A stretch of 64,000 nt of DNA from positions 576,001 to 640,000 of the forward strand of contig OY970223.1 of the NCBI GenBank assembly GCA_963714015.1, written 5' to 3'. The notes under the pieces were generated by a model. It worked only from the letters and a program-made list of their open reading frames with translations. It made no database searches and was not told the origin of the DNA. This DNA comes from Vulcanimicrobiota bacterium. Lineage in GTDB: Bacteria > Vulcanimicrobiota > Vulcanimicrobiia > Vulcanimicrobiales > Vulcanimicrobiaceae. Made by a program: the position numbers and the translations under genes. Positions 38,081 through 50,500 of the stretch are shown in pieces (positions within the stretch are counted from its first letter, which is position 1; each line of letters starts with the position of its first letter).

Positions 38081-39320
38081 TATCCAAAGCAGATAACGCT
38101 TCGAGCGTCGCGTCCACCTCTTCGGGCGTGTTGTAATGCGCTAATCCGATCCGCACCACGCCCTGCGCCTCGTCGATGCCCAAACTGCGCACGACTTCGA
38201 GCGCGAAGTTGTGTCCGGACCAGACAAAAACGTTCTTATCGGCAAGCGCCCGCGCGATTTGCGCCGGCGAGGATTCGTCGTGAAGGAATGAAACTGTCGG
38301 AACGCGCTCGTCAAAGCGCGCCGGATCGGTGATTCCGGCAATGCGAATCTTCGGGATCGTCCGTAAGCCTTCGACGAGCCGCTGCGTGAGAGGGCGCTCC
38401 CATACCGCCATCGCCTCGAACGCGGCAAGGATGCAATCCCGCGATCCGGCAACGGATCCGGTCTGCCGTCCGAGCCACATGAAATACTCTATGGTTTCAT
38501 TTAGGCCCGCGAGTTGTTCTATCTGCGGCGTGCCCGTTTCGAATTTGTATGGCAAGTCCGCCGTTTGCGGGCGGACTTTATATGCGAACAACTCTTCGAG
38601 CAGATGCTCGCGCCCCCAAACGATGCCTAGGTGCGGTCCGAAAAACTTGTACGACGAACAGGCAAGAAAATCGCAGCCGAGGCGCCGAACGTCGATTGGG
38701 GCGTGCGGCGCCAATTGAACCGCGTCGACGTACACGAGGGCGCCCGCTTCGTGAATGCGGTCGATGAGCGCGCGCATCGGGTTGATCGAGCCCGTCAGGT
38801 TGCTGGCATAGTTTAACGCGACGATTCGTGTCTTCGACGTCAGCACCGCGCCGAGCGCTTCAGGTTCGATTATCCACGACTCGGGATTAAAGCGGAGCCA
38901 GCGAACGGTCAGTCCAAGATCCTCGGCGAGCAGCAACCACGGCGCGATATTGCCGTCGTGATCCATGTCCGTTACGACGATCTCGTCGCCTGCCCGCAGC
39001 ATGCGCGCGAAACTTCGTGAGAATTGAAACGTCAGGGACGTCATGCTGGGACCAACGACGACCTCGCGAAACGATTCGGCACCCAAAAAATCCGCCATTG
39101 ATCGATGGGCGTTCTCTACGACTGCTTCCGCCTGGACGCTGGTCGTGAAATAGCCCCCGAGATTCGCGTTCGTCTCCAGCAAACAGCGCGCAGTGGCCTC
39201 GGCGACTCGTTGCGCGACTTGCGTTCCGGCCGGATTGTCGACGTAGATGCGCGCGCGTCCCCCGTCGGTGAGGCGCAATGCCGGAAACTGCTCGCGCACT
39301 TTGTCGATGGGAAAGATCAT
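38067..39320 (-). CDS. Cysteine desulfurase-like PLP enzyme (aminotransferase class V)
   Basis: DNPAGTQ, DHDGNIAPW, DAVQ, SSYKFFGPH, FETGT, RIGLAHYNT. Confidence 0.88.
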   Translation of the reverse strand: MIFPIDKVREQFPALRLTDGGRARIYVDNPAGTQVAQRVAEATARCLLETNANLGGYFTTSVQAEAVVENAHRSMADFLGAESFREVVVGPSMTSLTFQFSRSFARMLRAGDEIVVTDMDHDGNIAPWLLLAEDLGLTVRWLRFNPESWIIEPEALGAVLTSKTRIVALNYASNLTGSINPMRALIDRIHEAGALVYVDAVQLAPHAPIDVRRLGCDFLACSSYKFFGPHLGIVWGREHLLEELFAYKVRPQTADLPYKFETGTPQIEQLAGLNETIEYFMWLGRQTGSVAGSRDCILAAFEAMAVWERPLTQRLVEGLRTIPKIRIAGITDPARFDERVPTVSFLHDESSPAQIARALADKNVFVWSGHNFALEVVRSLGIDEAQGVVRIGLAHYNTPEEVDATLEALSALDTRAL

Positions 39321-40909
39321 CGGGCAACGCTCCAGCCGGCGGCATTCCACGTCGGCAGAAAGGCGTTAGGCGAAAAGCCGCCTAAGCGCTTGCGGTACGC
39401 GTAAATGTAATCGGCGTTGAAAAGGTAGAGGATCGGCACATCGCGAGCGACGATTCGCTCGATTTGGGCGTAGAGCTGCTTTCGAATCGGCTGCAGCGGT
39501 TCGTCCAATGCCCGCGCCTCCAGCGCGTCGACCTGGGGATTGCAGTAACGCATATAATTGGAAGGCCCCTTGCAGGTCAAAATCGAGGAATCGTCCGGAT
39601 CGGATCCCATCGTGAACGGCACGTAGGCCATATCGTACGCGCCGCTTGCCAAGGTTCCGCCGCGCGTGGACGGCAGAAACAACTGTGCGTTGCTGATGGA
39701 TTTGATTTCTACGTCGATACCCCGCTGCTGCAGTTGCGCTTGAACGGCAGTCGCGACGCGAACGCCCGTCATCGACTCCGGAAACTGCACGTAGACGAGG
39801 GAGAATCGCACGCCGTTACGCCCCCGCGTGTATCCGGCGGCATCGAACAGTGCATCGGCGCCGCGCGGGTCGTAGCCGGGTTCTTTTACAGAGGAATCGT
39901 ACGCCCATGAAAACTGCGGCTGAATCTGGTCCGTTACCGGATATCGTCCCAGCGTAATCTTTCGGCTTATCGCGGCGCGGTCGATCGACATTGCCATGGC
40001 TCGCCGAACGCGCGGATCGTTCAGAGGCGGATGCTGCAGATTGAGAACCAGACCGGCCACGACCGCCGTCGGCACGTAGCGAAATGCGACGTCGCGCGCA
40101 TTCGAGAGCGCGAGCTGCTGAACCGGCGCAATGAGATTCCAGTCGATCGAGCCCGATCGCAGCAGCACGAGGTTGGTTTGCGGATCCGGAATGATGCGAA
40201 TGTGCAGGCGCTGCAGACGCGGCGCGCCGCGCCAGTACGAGCGGTTCGCGACGTAGTCCAGCGAGTCGCCGCGTTTCCACGAGACGAACGTGAACGGACC
40301 GTCGCCGACGGTGGGGGCCGAATTGAAAGGCGCTTGGGCGAGCGGCAATTGATGCTCGAGCACGTGGGCCGGCAGAACGAACTGCGGCCGAAACCCGTAC
40401 GAGAAGAACGTTGAAACGGCGGGCGCCCAGGCGTGCCGCAGATGAAAGACGACCGTATGCCGGTTCGGTGCCCACGCCCGATCGATCAAATCGTATCCTT
40501 CGCGCGAGGGAACGGGATTGGCCGGATCGTCGATCGCATGAAGCGTCCACAAGACGTCATGCGCCGTCACGGGAACGCCGTCGCTCCAGCGAACCTGCGG
40601 CCGCAGCCGGTAGACGATCGTGCGGCCATCGGGCGAGACGTCGCCATTGGCGACGGTCGGAATGCGCGAGAGCAGCTCCGGTATCGGCCGGCCTCGCGGG
40701 TCCAGGTCGATGAAGGGCTCGAAGGCCAAGCGGGCGGCCTGCTGCTCTACGGAGGCGGCGTCCTGATGGAGAAAAAGCGGGTTCAGGTTCGCCGGGTCGG
40801 CTGCGAGGTCGAACCGCCCTTGGCTCGCGTTCCCAACCCCGGCAGCATGACCCCCACAGGCCGTCAGCAAAGCCGCGGCAGCCGCTAGGGCGGCGCCTCT
40901 CTTCCACAT
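39317..40909 (-). CDS. ABC transporter substrate-binding lipoprotein, family 5 (peptide/nickel type)
   Basis: Lipobox LTAC; LRPQVRWSDG.PVTA.DV, GDGPF, D.RVRRAMAM.IDR. Confidence 0.9.
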   Translation of the reverse strand: MWKRGAALAAAAALLTACGGHAAGVGNASQGRFDLAADPANLNPLFLHQDAASVEQQAARLAFEPFIDLDPRGRPIPELLSRIPTVANGDVSPDGRTIVYRLRPQVRWSDGVPVTAHDVLWTLHAIDDPANPVPSREGYDLIDRAWAPNRHTVVFHLRHAWAPAVSTFFSYGFRPQFVLPAHVLEHQLPLAQAPFNSAPTVGDGPFTFVSWKRGDSLDYVANRSYWRGAPRLQRLHIRIIPDPQTNLVLLRSGSIDWNLIAPVQQLALSNARDVAFRYVPTAVVAGLVLNLQHPPLNDPRVRRAMAMSIDRAAISRKITLGRYPVTDQIQPQFSWAYDSSVKEPGYDPRGADALFDAAGYTRGRNGVRFSLVYVQFPESMTGVRVATAVQAQLQQRGIDVEIKSISNAQLFLPSTRGGTLASGAYDMAYVPFTMGSDPDDSSILTCKGPSNYMRYCNPQVDALEARALDEPLQPIRKQLYAQIERIVARDVPILYLFNADYIYAYRKRLGGFSPNAFLPTWNAAGWSVAR

Positions 40910-41009
40910 GCGGCGCCCTTCGCCGCTGCAGCCCGGCTTCTTGGCGAAAAGCCCTTGCCCGAATAAATCCGGTGTAGTATAGTCGGTTGGCCGAACGAAT
41001 CTTTGAATT

Positions 41010-41495
41010 ATGGAAAAACGCTCGAATATTGCCGTTGAGTCCGGGGAGCTGGACCCTCTCGATCTGACGCTGTTGGAGGCCCTGCAGCGCAACGCCCGAT
41101 CCACCTTTGCCGAACTAGGCTCGCTGGTGGGGCTCAAGGCGCCTGCGGTTCACGACCGCGTCAAGCGCCTGGAGAGCCGCGGCTACGTGCGCGGATACGC
41201 CGCGCAGCTCGACAGCAAGTTGCTCGGTCTGGAGCTCGCCGCATTTGTGAGTTGCTTTACGACGCCTGAGACGAAGTACGACCAGTTCACGTCGGCGCTC
41301 GCGCAGATGCCCGAAGTGAGTGAGATTCACAGTGTTGCCGGCGAGGAGTCCTTCGTACTGAAGGTCGTCACGCGATCGACAAATCATTTGGACGAGCTGC
41401 TCTCACGCTTGAAATCGGTTCCCGGAATGGCGCGCACCAAGACGACGATCGTGCTCTCGACGCCGTTCGAACGCGGAGGCATCTCGGTTCAATGA
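41010..41495 (+). CDS. Lrp/AsnC family transcriptional regulator
   Basis: LDPLD..LL..LQRNAR, RVKRLE..G, HSVAGE.SF.LKV. Confidence 0.93.
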   Translation: MEKRSNIAVESGELDPLDLTLLEALQRNARSTFAELGSLVGLKAPAVHDRVKRLESRGYVRGYAAQLDSKLLGLELAAFVSCFTTPETKYDQFTSALAQMPEVSEIHSVAGEESFVLKVVTRSTNHLDELLSRLKSVPGMARTKTTIVLSTPFERGGISVQ

Positions 41496-42556
41496 GCATC
41501 GCTTTCGATCGGGAACTCCATCCCCTCGGGACGCACCGGGTGATCGATCCGCCGGGCGCGATGCCGCAGAGCGCGCGCAAACTCGACAACACGCCGATCG
41601 CCTTCGAGAACGAGATTCTGTGCGACGTCGAGACGCTCAATATCGACTCGGCCTCGTTCAAGCAAATTCACGACGAATGCCGAGGTAACGCGCAAGCAAT
41701 CGGCGCGCACATTGCCGCTACCGTGCGAGATCGCGGCAAGCAGCACAATCCGGTTACCGGAAGCGGCGGTATGTTCATCGGACGCGTGCTCAAGGTTGGC
41801 GAACGCCTGCGCGATCGCGCCGATCTGCAAGCCGGCGATCGCATCGCCTCTCTCGTATCGCTTACGCTCACGCCGCTGTACATTGAAAGCGTAACGAACG
41901 TAGACACGTCCACCGGACGCGTTTGGATTCGCGGGAAGGCCATTCTGTTCGAATCCGGGCTTTGGGCAAAGCTGCCCGACGACATACGCGACGACGTCGC
42001 GCTTGCGGTTCTGGACGTCGCCGGGGCGCCGGCCCAAGTGCGGCGTTTGGCCAAGCCCGGAATGACCGTTGCCGTCATCGGCGCCGACGGCAAGTCGGGA
42101 ATGCTTTCGTGCGCGCAGGCCAAGGTGCAGGTCGGCCCCCAAGGCACGGTCATCGGCATCGCGCCGAGCGCCAAGACGGAAAGCGCGCAAGTGCTGCGGG
42201 ACTCCGGCTTGGTCGATGCATTCGTCGAGGCGGATGCGCGAGACGCGTTGGAAGTAGCGAGCGCTGTTGCGCGCATAGCGCCCGATCTCGCCGACTTGGT
42301 CGTCAACTGCGTCAACGTTCCCGGAACCGAACTCGGATCGGTACTGGCGACGAAAGACGAAGGAATGGTCTACTTCTTTTCGATGTGCACGTCGTTCACC
42401 GCGGCGGCGCTCGGCGCCGAAGGCGTGGGAAAAGATGTAACGATGCTTATCGGCAACGGATACGCCAAGGGCCACGCCGATACCGCGCTGCAGACGCTGC
42501 GCGACAATCCCCCGATTCATGAGTTCTTCAACCGCAGGTACGCAGGAAGCAAATAG
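41492..42556 (+). CDS. kdd: L-erythro-3,5-diaminohexanoate dehydrogenase
   Basis: GTHRVI.P, LNIDSASF.QI, HNPVTGSGGM, LVSLTLTPL, LDVAGAPAQ, MLIGNGY..GHA; adjacent to kamA. Confidence 0.9.
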   Translation: MSIAFDRELHPLGTHRVIDPPGAMPQSARKLDNTPIAFENEILCDVETLNIDSASFKQIHDECRGNAQAIGAHIAATVRDRGKQHNPVTGSGGMFIGRVLKVGERLRDRADLQAGDRIASLVSLTLTPLYIESVTNVDTSTGRVWIRGKAILFESGLWAKLPDDIRDDVALAVLDVAGAPAQVRRLAKPGMTVAVIGADGKSGMLSCAQAKVQVGPQGTVIGIAPSAKTESAQVLRDSGLVDAFVEADARDALEVASAVARIAPDLADLVVNCVNVPGTELGSVLATKDEGMVYFFSMCTSFTAAALGAEGVGKDVTMLIGNGYAKGHADTALQTLRDNPPIHEFFNRRYAGSK

Positions 42557-42557
42557 C

Positions 42558-43952
<1,395 letters not shown>

Positions 43953-44411
43953 TCACGGCTGACTCGGCAGAGATTCGATGGCGTCCGTCGCTAGAAACGA
44001 GCAGCACGACGGGAAGTCCTGGCTCCAATAAAGGACGGCGACCATCGTCTTACCCGGTATGATTTCCGCTGGAAGCCTATCACACAAGACGCCGGTCGCC
44101 TTGGTGAAACAAGTTAAGTGCTCTCCATCTATGGTAGGGTTGGCCGCCAGAAGATACGTGCGCAAAAGGCGGGTTTTCGGATCGCGGATCTGCAGATCCA
44201 TTTCTTGAGGTTGTTTCTCCCGTTCGTATGTCTCTAGCAGGCCAACCGCGAGGTGCACCTGCGCTGCATCGTTTGGCCGCTGCGGGACAAGAGCGGTGTA
44301 TTCATAATCCCATTGAGGATGAAACTGGGCGCGCACTGCTGCCGGACTCGCTGTCGGCGCCGGTGAGCCGATCGCAAGCGCCATCAGCAAGATTGGAGTC
44401 GTTGCGTTCAT
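43953..44411 (-). CDS. Hypothetical secreted protein
   Basis: Signal peptide plus PAPTASP linker; no family recognised. Confidence 0.55.
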   Translation of the reverse strand: MNATTPILLMALAIGSPAPTASPAAVRAQFHPQWDYEYTALVPQRPNDAAQVHLAVGLLETYEREKQPQEMDLQIRDPKTRLLRTYLLAANPTIDGEHLTCFTKATGVLCDRLPAEIIPGKTMVAVLYWSQDFPSCCSFLATDAIESLPSQP

Positions 44412-44423
44412 TACGAAATTACC

Positions 44424-45719
44424 TCAGATTGAAAGAGTGCGCATTGATACGGGGCCGCGCGGGCGTAACGTAATGACCGGATCCGGCTCGACGCTTTCCT
44501 CCGGCCGGTTTAGATCGAAGAGAAAGCGGGAGGCCAGCACCGAGAGATGAATTCGCGCCTCCGTCCAAGCGAATTGATCGCCGATGCATTTCCGGGAACC
44601 GCCCCCGAACGGGAAGTACGCGAATTGTGGAAGATCCGGCGGATTCAACCAGCGATCGGGATTGAAGCGATCCGGCTCGCCGAAGTAGCGCGGCGATCGC
44701 TGCATCACGAACTGACTCATTAGGACCGCCGAACCCTTGCGAATGCGCCAGCCGCCGGCGTCGACGTCGCATTTTGAGTCGCGCCCAAGAATCCAGGCCG
44801 GCGGATACAATCGCATGCTTTCGGAGAGTACGGCATCCAAATACGCCGTCGACGGATCGCCGGCAAGCTCGTCGCGCAGCTTGCTCCGCATGGTGGGATT
44901 CTTTGCCAGCAGATACCACGTCCAAGTGAGCGCGTTCGCGGTCGTCTCGTGACCTGCAACGAAAAACGTCATCACTTCGTCGCGCACCTGACGATCGTCC
45001 ATTGCCTCGCCCGTCTCGGAATCACGTGAGGCAAGCAGCATGGAGAGCGCATCCCCTCGATCCTCGCCGCTTTCGCGCCGTGCCGCAATGAGGCGCAGGA
45101 CGATCTCGTCCAAAACCGCCCGCGCTTTGCGAAAGCGCGCCGCCGGGCCCCACGGCAGACGCCGTTTTATCGCACCGAACGGTCCCAGAACGTCGGGAAA
45201 AATCGTAATGACCTCCTGCAGCGCCCCTCCGACGCGATCGGCCTCCTCTCCGGCATCGGCACCGAAGAGCGTTTTCGACGCGATGCGCAGCGTGAGTTCC
45301 ATCATCTCCGCGTGCATGTCGAAGACGCCGGGCGGAGGCCGCCAGCGTTCGGCGTACTCACGGATCGTCTGCGCATAGCCCGCTACGCGTTCGCGATGAA
45401 ATGCCGGCTGGACGATCCGGCGCATCTTGCGGTGCAGCGGCTCCTCGCTCGTTACTAAGCCTTGCCCAAGCAGCTCGCGCATCGCGCGCGTGCCCTCGGA
45501 TTTGACGAAGTCGTGCTGCCGCGTTATCAAGATGTCTTTTATCGCCGCCGGATCGTTCACGAAATAAAAGCGGCGCCACGGAACGCTGAATTTGCAGACG
45601 GGACCGTACTCGCGATCGACTTCGAAGAGAAACGTCGGAAACTCGCGCAGCGGCGTTCTCCTCAGGCGTTTGTACGTCTGCCACATACCGGGACCGGGCG
45701 GCTCGCGTAAAGCGCTCAT
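44424..45719 (-). CDS. Cytochrome P450
   Basis: AGHETT I-helix, ESMR (ExxR), [16 protein letters not shown] haem motif; ATGA overlap with yciH. Confidence 0.95.
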   Translation of the reverse strand: MSALREPPGPGMWQTYKRLRRTPLREFPTFLFEVDREYGPVCKFSVPWRRFYFVNDPAAIKDILITRQHDFVKSEGTRAMRELLGQGLVTSEEPLHRKMRRIVQPAFHRERVAGYAQTIREYAERWRPPPGVFDMHAEMMELTLRIASKTLFGADAGEEADRVGGALQEVITIFPDVLGPFGAIKRRLPWGPAARFRKARAVLDEIVLRLIAARRESGEDRGDALSMLLASRDSETGEAMDDRQVRDEVMTFFVAGHETTANALTWTWYLLAKNPTMRSKLRDELAGDPSTAYLDAVLSESMRLYPPAWILGRDSKCDVDAGGWRIRKGSAVLMSQFVMQRSPRYFGEPDRFNPDRWLNPPDLPQFAYFPFGGGSRKCIGDQFAWTEARIHLSVLASRFLFDLNRPEESVEPDPVITLRPRGPVSMRTLSI

Positions 45720-45976
45720 CCGCCGGCCTTTTTGACTTTTCGTCCTTGCGATTGAAGCTCGGCAATGATGCGTTCGCGATGATCGCCCTGAATCTCCACA
45801 ACGCCGTTCTTTGCGGTTCCGCCCGTGCCGCACATGCGTTTGAGCGCTGCAGCGATTTCAGTCAATTCCTGCGCGGGAAGACCGGTGATTATGGTGACGG
45901 TGCTTGCTCGGCGCCGCTCGCGAAAGACGCGCACGATACCGTCGTTCGGGACGCGTGGCTTGCGGTCGTCTTTCAC
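45716..45976 (-). CDS. yciH: Translation initiation factor SUI1/YciH family (start uncertain)
   Basis: VTIITGL, LKRMCGTGGT.K.G.VEIQGDHR, KKAGG. Confidence 0.88.
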   Translation of the reverse strand: MKDDRKPRVPNDGIVRVFRERRRASTVTIITGLPAQELTEIAAALKRMCGTGGTAKNGVVEIQGDHRERIIAELQSQGRKVKKAGG

Positions 45977-46036
45977 ACCGCGCGGATTCTGCAGGCTACG
46001 TGCTACACCCCGCCAAACGTCGCCCGGCATAACGCT

Positions 46037-46567
46037 ATGAAGATCGCACTCTTTTGCGGCGCGCACGCAGGGCGCGGCGACTGGTATGCTGCGGTTGCCG
46101 CAGAGACGGCACGTGCATTAGTCGAACGCGGCATCGGCATCGTGTACGGCGGCGGACGGGTCGGCTTGATGGGCGTCATCGCCGACGCCGCACTTGCCCA
46201 GGGCGGCGAGGTCGTCGGCGTAATTCCGCGATCGCTCGCGAGTGAAGAAATAGCGCATTCCGGCGTCACGCAATTACACGTAGTCGGCAGCATGCACGAA
46301 CGCAAGGCCCTGATGGCCGATTTGAGCGACGCGTTCATCGCGCTCCCCGGCGGGTTCGGAACGATGGACGAGTTCTGCGAAATTTTGACCTGGGCGCAAC
46401 TTGGCATCCACGCAAAACCCATCGGCTTGCTGAACGCGGGCGGTTACTACGACGATCTCATCGCGCTGTTCGACAAAATGGTCCGCGAAGAGTTCGTCAT
46501 GCCGCACAACCGCTCGTTGGTGCGGACCGCACCTTCGATCGAGAAATTACTCGAGTTGTTGCTCTAG
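46037..46567 (+). CDS. LOG family (TIGR00730) phosphoribohydrolase
   Basis: VYGGG.VGLMG, MHERK, ALPGGFGTMDE, KPIGLLN. Confidence 0.93.
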   Translation: MKIALFCGAHAGRGDWYAAVAAETARALVERGIGIVYGGGRVGLMGVIADAALAQGGEVVGVIPRSLASEEIAHSGVTQLHVVGSMHERKALMADLSDAFIALPGGFGTMDEFCEILTWAQLGIHAKPIGLLNAGGYYDDLIALFDKMVREEFVMPHNRSLVRTAPSIEKLLELLL

Positions 46568-46574
46568 CGCCGGG

Positions 46575-46814
46575 CTAAGGAGAGACGCGGAAGGAGATCG
46601 TTTTCCCGATCAAACCCTCGAGCGCCGAGGCTTCCTGCGGCGTTGCTATGTACCGCCGTGTCGATCCGTCGGCCAAACGTACGGTGACGTGCGTGCCGGA
46701 AACGGCGGTCACCGTTGCAGTGCGCGGCGCGGCCACAGCCGGCTTCACGGCAGTATTCCAGGAAAGGGTGATGCTCGCGCTGGGGTGAGCGGAGGGCGGC
46801 GGGTAGAGCGGCAT
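46575..46814 (-). CDS. Small hypothetical protein
   Basis: 79-aa ORF filling an intergenic gap, with a beta-rich OB-like stretch (VTAVSGTHVTVRLADG); start uncertain. Confidence 0.4.
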   Translation of the reverse strand: MPLYPPPSAHPSASITLSWNTAVKPAVAAPRTATVTAVSGTHVTVRLADGSTRRYIATPQEASALEGLIGKTISFRVSP

Positions 46815-46961
46815 ACAATTTTCTTATCGCACCGCCGCGGATGCGCCAAGTGCTCAAAGGCCTAGTTGAAACGGGCTTTTCTGGTCCCCAAAATCGGATG
46901 GCAACTCGCGAGAAGGTGGCCGGAGTGAATTTGCATTCGAAATGATCTCTCACGTGGCGTA

Positions 46962-47348
46962 CTAGTCGTTTCGCCTGCTCTGCCGCTTGTCGACGACGCG
47001 CTTGACGACTGCCATCGCGTTGAGCGCCTTGGGAAAGCCCGCGTATGGAATGAGGGTCATCACGGCTTCGACGATCTCGTCCTCGGTCAGGCCGACGTTG
47101 AAGGCGCCGTGCACGTGCGTCTCCAGTTGGCGATCGCACCCGCCCATCGTCGCAAGCGATGCGATCGCGATGAGTTCGCGGTGCTTCAGGTCACCGTCGC
47201 GCGCGTAGATTTCGCCGAACGCAAATTCGACCAAATACCGCGTGAAATCGGGGGCAAGGCCTTCATAAGCGGCGATGAGGTTGTCGGCAACTTTGTCGCC
47301 GTCGACTTTGCGCAGAAGCCTCTCGCCGCGTTCGTAGCGGTCGCTCAC
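46962..47348 (-). CDS. Carboxymuconolactone decarboxylase (CMD) family protein
   Basis: EFAFGEIY.R, RELIAIA.L, H..GA.NVGLT..EI.E, PYAGFP.A.NA; GTGA overlap. Confidence 0.9.
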   Translation of the reverse strand: MSDRYERGERLLRKVDGDKVADNLIAAYEGLAPDFTRYLVEFAFGEIYARDGDLKHRELIAIASLATMGGCDRQLETHVHGAFNVGLTEDEIVEAVMTLIPYAGFPKALNAMAVVKRVVDKRQSRRND

Positions 47349-47536
47349 CGCTGCCGGCGCCACTTGACGCAGACGCAAGCCCAAAGGACGGTAACAGCAG
47401 CAAAAATCAAGGCAAGAATACCGCTCGCAAACGTCCGCGTCGCAACCCACATTGCGACGTAGATGATCGCGACGAGCGCGAACGCAATCGTTGCCCCAAT
47501 GGCGTATCGGACCCGTAACGGGTTCTCGGGCATCAT
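47345..47536 (-). CDS. Small two-TM membrane protein
   Basis: Two hydrophobic helices; 4-nt overlaps with both neighbours. Confidence 0.6.
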   Translation of the reverse strand: MMPENPLRVRYAIGATIAFALVAIIYVAMWVATRTFASGILALIFAAVTVLWACVCVKWRRQR

Positions 47537-50500
47537 TCCGTCAGCGCCTCTTTGACGATCCGCTCTTGCTCGACGGCGTGCGCGCCCGGATACCCTTCCG
47601 ACGGGCTGGCGCGATACGGACGGCCGATGTAATCGATTTCGAGCGAGTCGCTGCGCCGCTCGAGCAGACGCCGTCGAACGTAAGCGCGCGCACCCATGTT
47701 CTTCGGTTCTTCCTGAACCCAGACGAGCTTCTTCAGCCTCGGATACGTCGCGATGATGTCATTGATCTCGATGTACGGCAGCGGCGATAGCTGCTCGATT
47801 CTGACGATCGCGGTCTTGTTCGCTTTTGCGTACAGCTCGTGTCCGATTAAGTCGTAGTACAGCTTGCCCGAAACCAACAAAATACGCTGGATCGCCGCTT
47901 TGTCTTTGACGTTCGCATCGTCGATGACCGGATGGAACTTGCCTTTGGCGAGCTCGTCGAGCTGCGCCGCCGCGCCTTCTTGACGCAGCAACGACTTCGG
48001 CGTCATGACGACCAACGGAACCGGCTGCGGCATCGTGGCCTGCTGACGCAGCAAATGGTAGTAATTTGCGGCGTTCGTCGGATTTGCGACGCGCAGATTT
48101 CCTTCGGCGGCAAGTTGCAAGAAGCGTTCCAGGCGCGCGCTCGAGTGTTCCGGCCCCATGCCTTCATAGCCGTGCGGGAGCAGCAGCGTCAGACGCGCAG
48201 TCTGGCCCCACTTCGCCTGACCGGCGACGATGAACTGGTCGATGATGATCTGCGCGCCGTTGTTGAAGTCGCCGAACTGCGCCTCCCACAACACGAGCGC
48301 TCTGGGCACGGAGGCGCTGTAACCGTATTCGAATCCCAAGCACGCATATTCCGAGAGCGGACTGTTGCGAATTTCGAATGATGCCTTTGCGTCGGGCAGA
48401 TGCTGCATCGGCACGTACGAGCCGCCGGTCTTCGGATCGTGCAGCACCGCGTGCCGGTGGCTGAACGTTCCGCGTTCGGTGTCCTGGCCGGTAATTCGAA
48501 TCGGCGCGCCGACCGAGAGCAGCGAGGCGAACGCGAGCGCTTCCGACATTCCCCAGTCGACGATACCCTTCTCGGCAATCAGTGCGCGGCGCCTATCGAA
48601 TTGCGTTTGCAGCTTTTTGTTGATCGTGAAGCCGTCGGGTACCGAGACGAGCGCATCGCTCCATGCCAGCAGCCGATCGCGTGAAATGCGTTCGACCGGA
48701 GCCGCTTCGAGCGGCGCTTTGATCTCGAGCTTGGCGAGCATGCCGGCGAGATCGCGGTGACCTTTTACGCCGCGGTGCGCTTCCTGCAGGCGTTCCGTTG
48801 CCTCGCCGACGAGTTGTTCGGCCTGCTCTTTGCTCAGCACGCCTTGGGCCACGAGCTTGTTCGCGAAGAGTTCGCGCGCGCTGGGATGCGACTTGATGCG
48901 ATCGTACATCTCGGGCTGCGTGTACGCGGGCTCGTCCTGCTCGTTATGACCGAACCGGCGGTAGCCGATGACGTCGATGAGCGCGTCGCGGCCGAACTTC
49001 CTGCGAAACTCAATCGCCAGCCGTGCCGCCCAAATGCACGCGTCGACGTCGTCGGCGTTGACGTGAATGATCGGCACGTCGAAGCCTTTGGCCAAGTCGG
49101 ATGCGTACCGCGTCGAACGGCTGTCGCGGGGATCGGTCGTGAAGCCGACTTGATTGTTCGCGATGATGTGAATCGTGCCGCCCGTGTCGTACCCTGGCAG
49201 CGACTGCAGGTTGAAGACTTCCGAGACGATCCCCTGACCGATGAAGGCCGCGTCGCCATGGATGAGAATCGGGGCGGCCTTCTTTTTGTCTTGCAGCGGG
49301 ACCGGCACGGTATGATCGGTCTGCAGTGCGCGCGCGCTGCCTTCAACGACCGGATCGACGGCTTCCAAGTGACTAGGGTTATTCGCCAGCGTTACGGCAA
49401 TCGCGCGTCCGTCGAGCGCTCGGTATGTGCCGTGCGCGCCGTGGTGGTATTTTACGTCGCCGGTTACGTCTTCGCCGCCGTGCACCTCGCCGCGCTCGTT
49501 CGCCGCCTCGAATTCCGCCAGAATTTCTTCGTACGGCAGGTTCACGACGTGCGCGATCGTCGCCAAACGGCCGCGGTGCGCCATGCCGAGCACTGCGTTG
49601 GATGCACCTTCCCGCGCGAGCATTTCAAGGATCTCTTCGAGCATCGGAACGACGACGTCGAGCCCCTCACCCGAAAAAGTCTTCTGTCCGAGAAACGATT
49701 TGCGCAGATAGCGTTCGAACGTTTCGACGCGCGTAAGGCGACGCAGCAATTCTATCTGCTGCTCGTTGCTCAAGCGGACTTTGTGTTTGCCCGACTCGAT
49801 CGTATCGCGCAGCCATTCGCGCTGCTCGGTGTTCGCGATGTGCTCGACTTCATAGGCGATCGTGGAACTGTACGTGTCGCGAAGGCGAGGGAGCACATCG
49901 GCCAGGGTATCGCCGGGAACCTTCACGCGCAGCACGGACGCGGGAATCGCCGACTGCAGCGCAGGCGTGAGGCCCCAGTTGCCCGGTTCCAAGGACGGAT
50001 CGCCGATAGGCTGCGTCCCGAGCGGATCCAGCGTTGCGGCAAGGTGGCCGTGCGTGCGGTACGCGGCGACGATCGCCATACCGGCGGCGACGGCGCGCAG
50101 CATTTCATCCGAAGGCGCGGGCGCGGCGGCCTGTTCGGCAGAGATCTCCGCCGCTTGCGGTTCAGCTTGCGCCTGCGCGGCGAGCTGCAGCCCCAGCGAA
50201 TTGAAGATCGCTTCGTAGAAACCGTCTTTGCCATGCAGCAGTTCGTCGACGCGCTTTAAGTATTCACCCGACTGCGCGCCTTGAATGACGCGGTGATCGT
50301 ACGTCGAGGTCATCTGCATGATCTTGCCGATGCGCAGCGACCGAAGCGTCTGTTCGCCGGCATTGCCGAAACCAGCCGGATAGCCGATAGCGCCGGCCGC
50401 AATTATCGCTCCCTGTCCGGCCATGAGACGCGGAACGGAAGCGGCAGTACCGATGCCGCCGGGGTTGGTCAGCGTGAACGATGCACCTTGCAGCTCGTCT

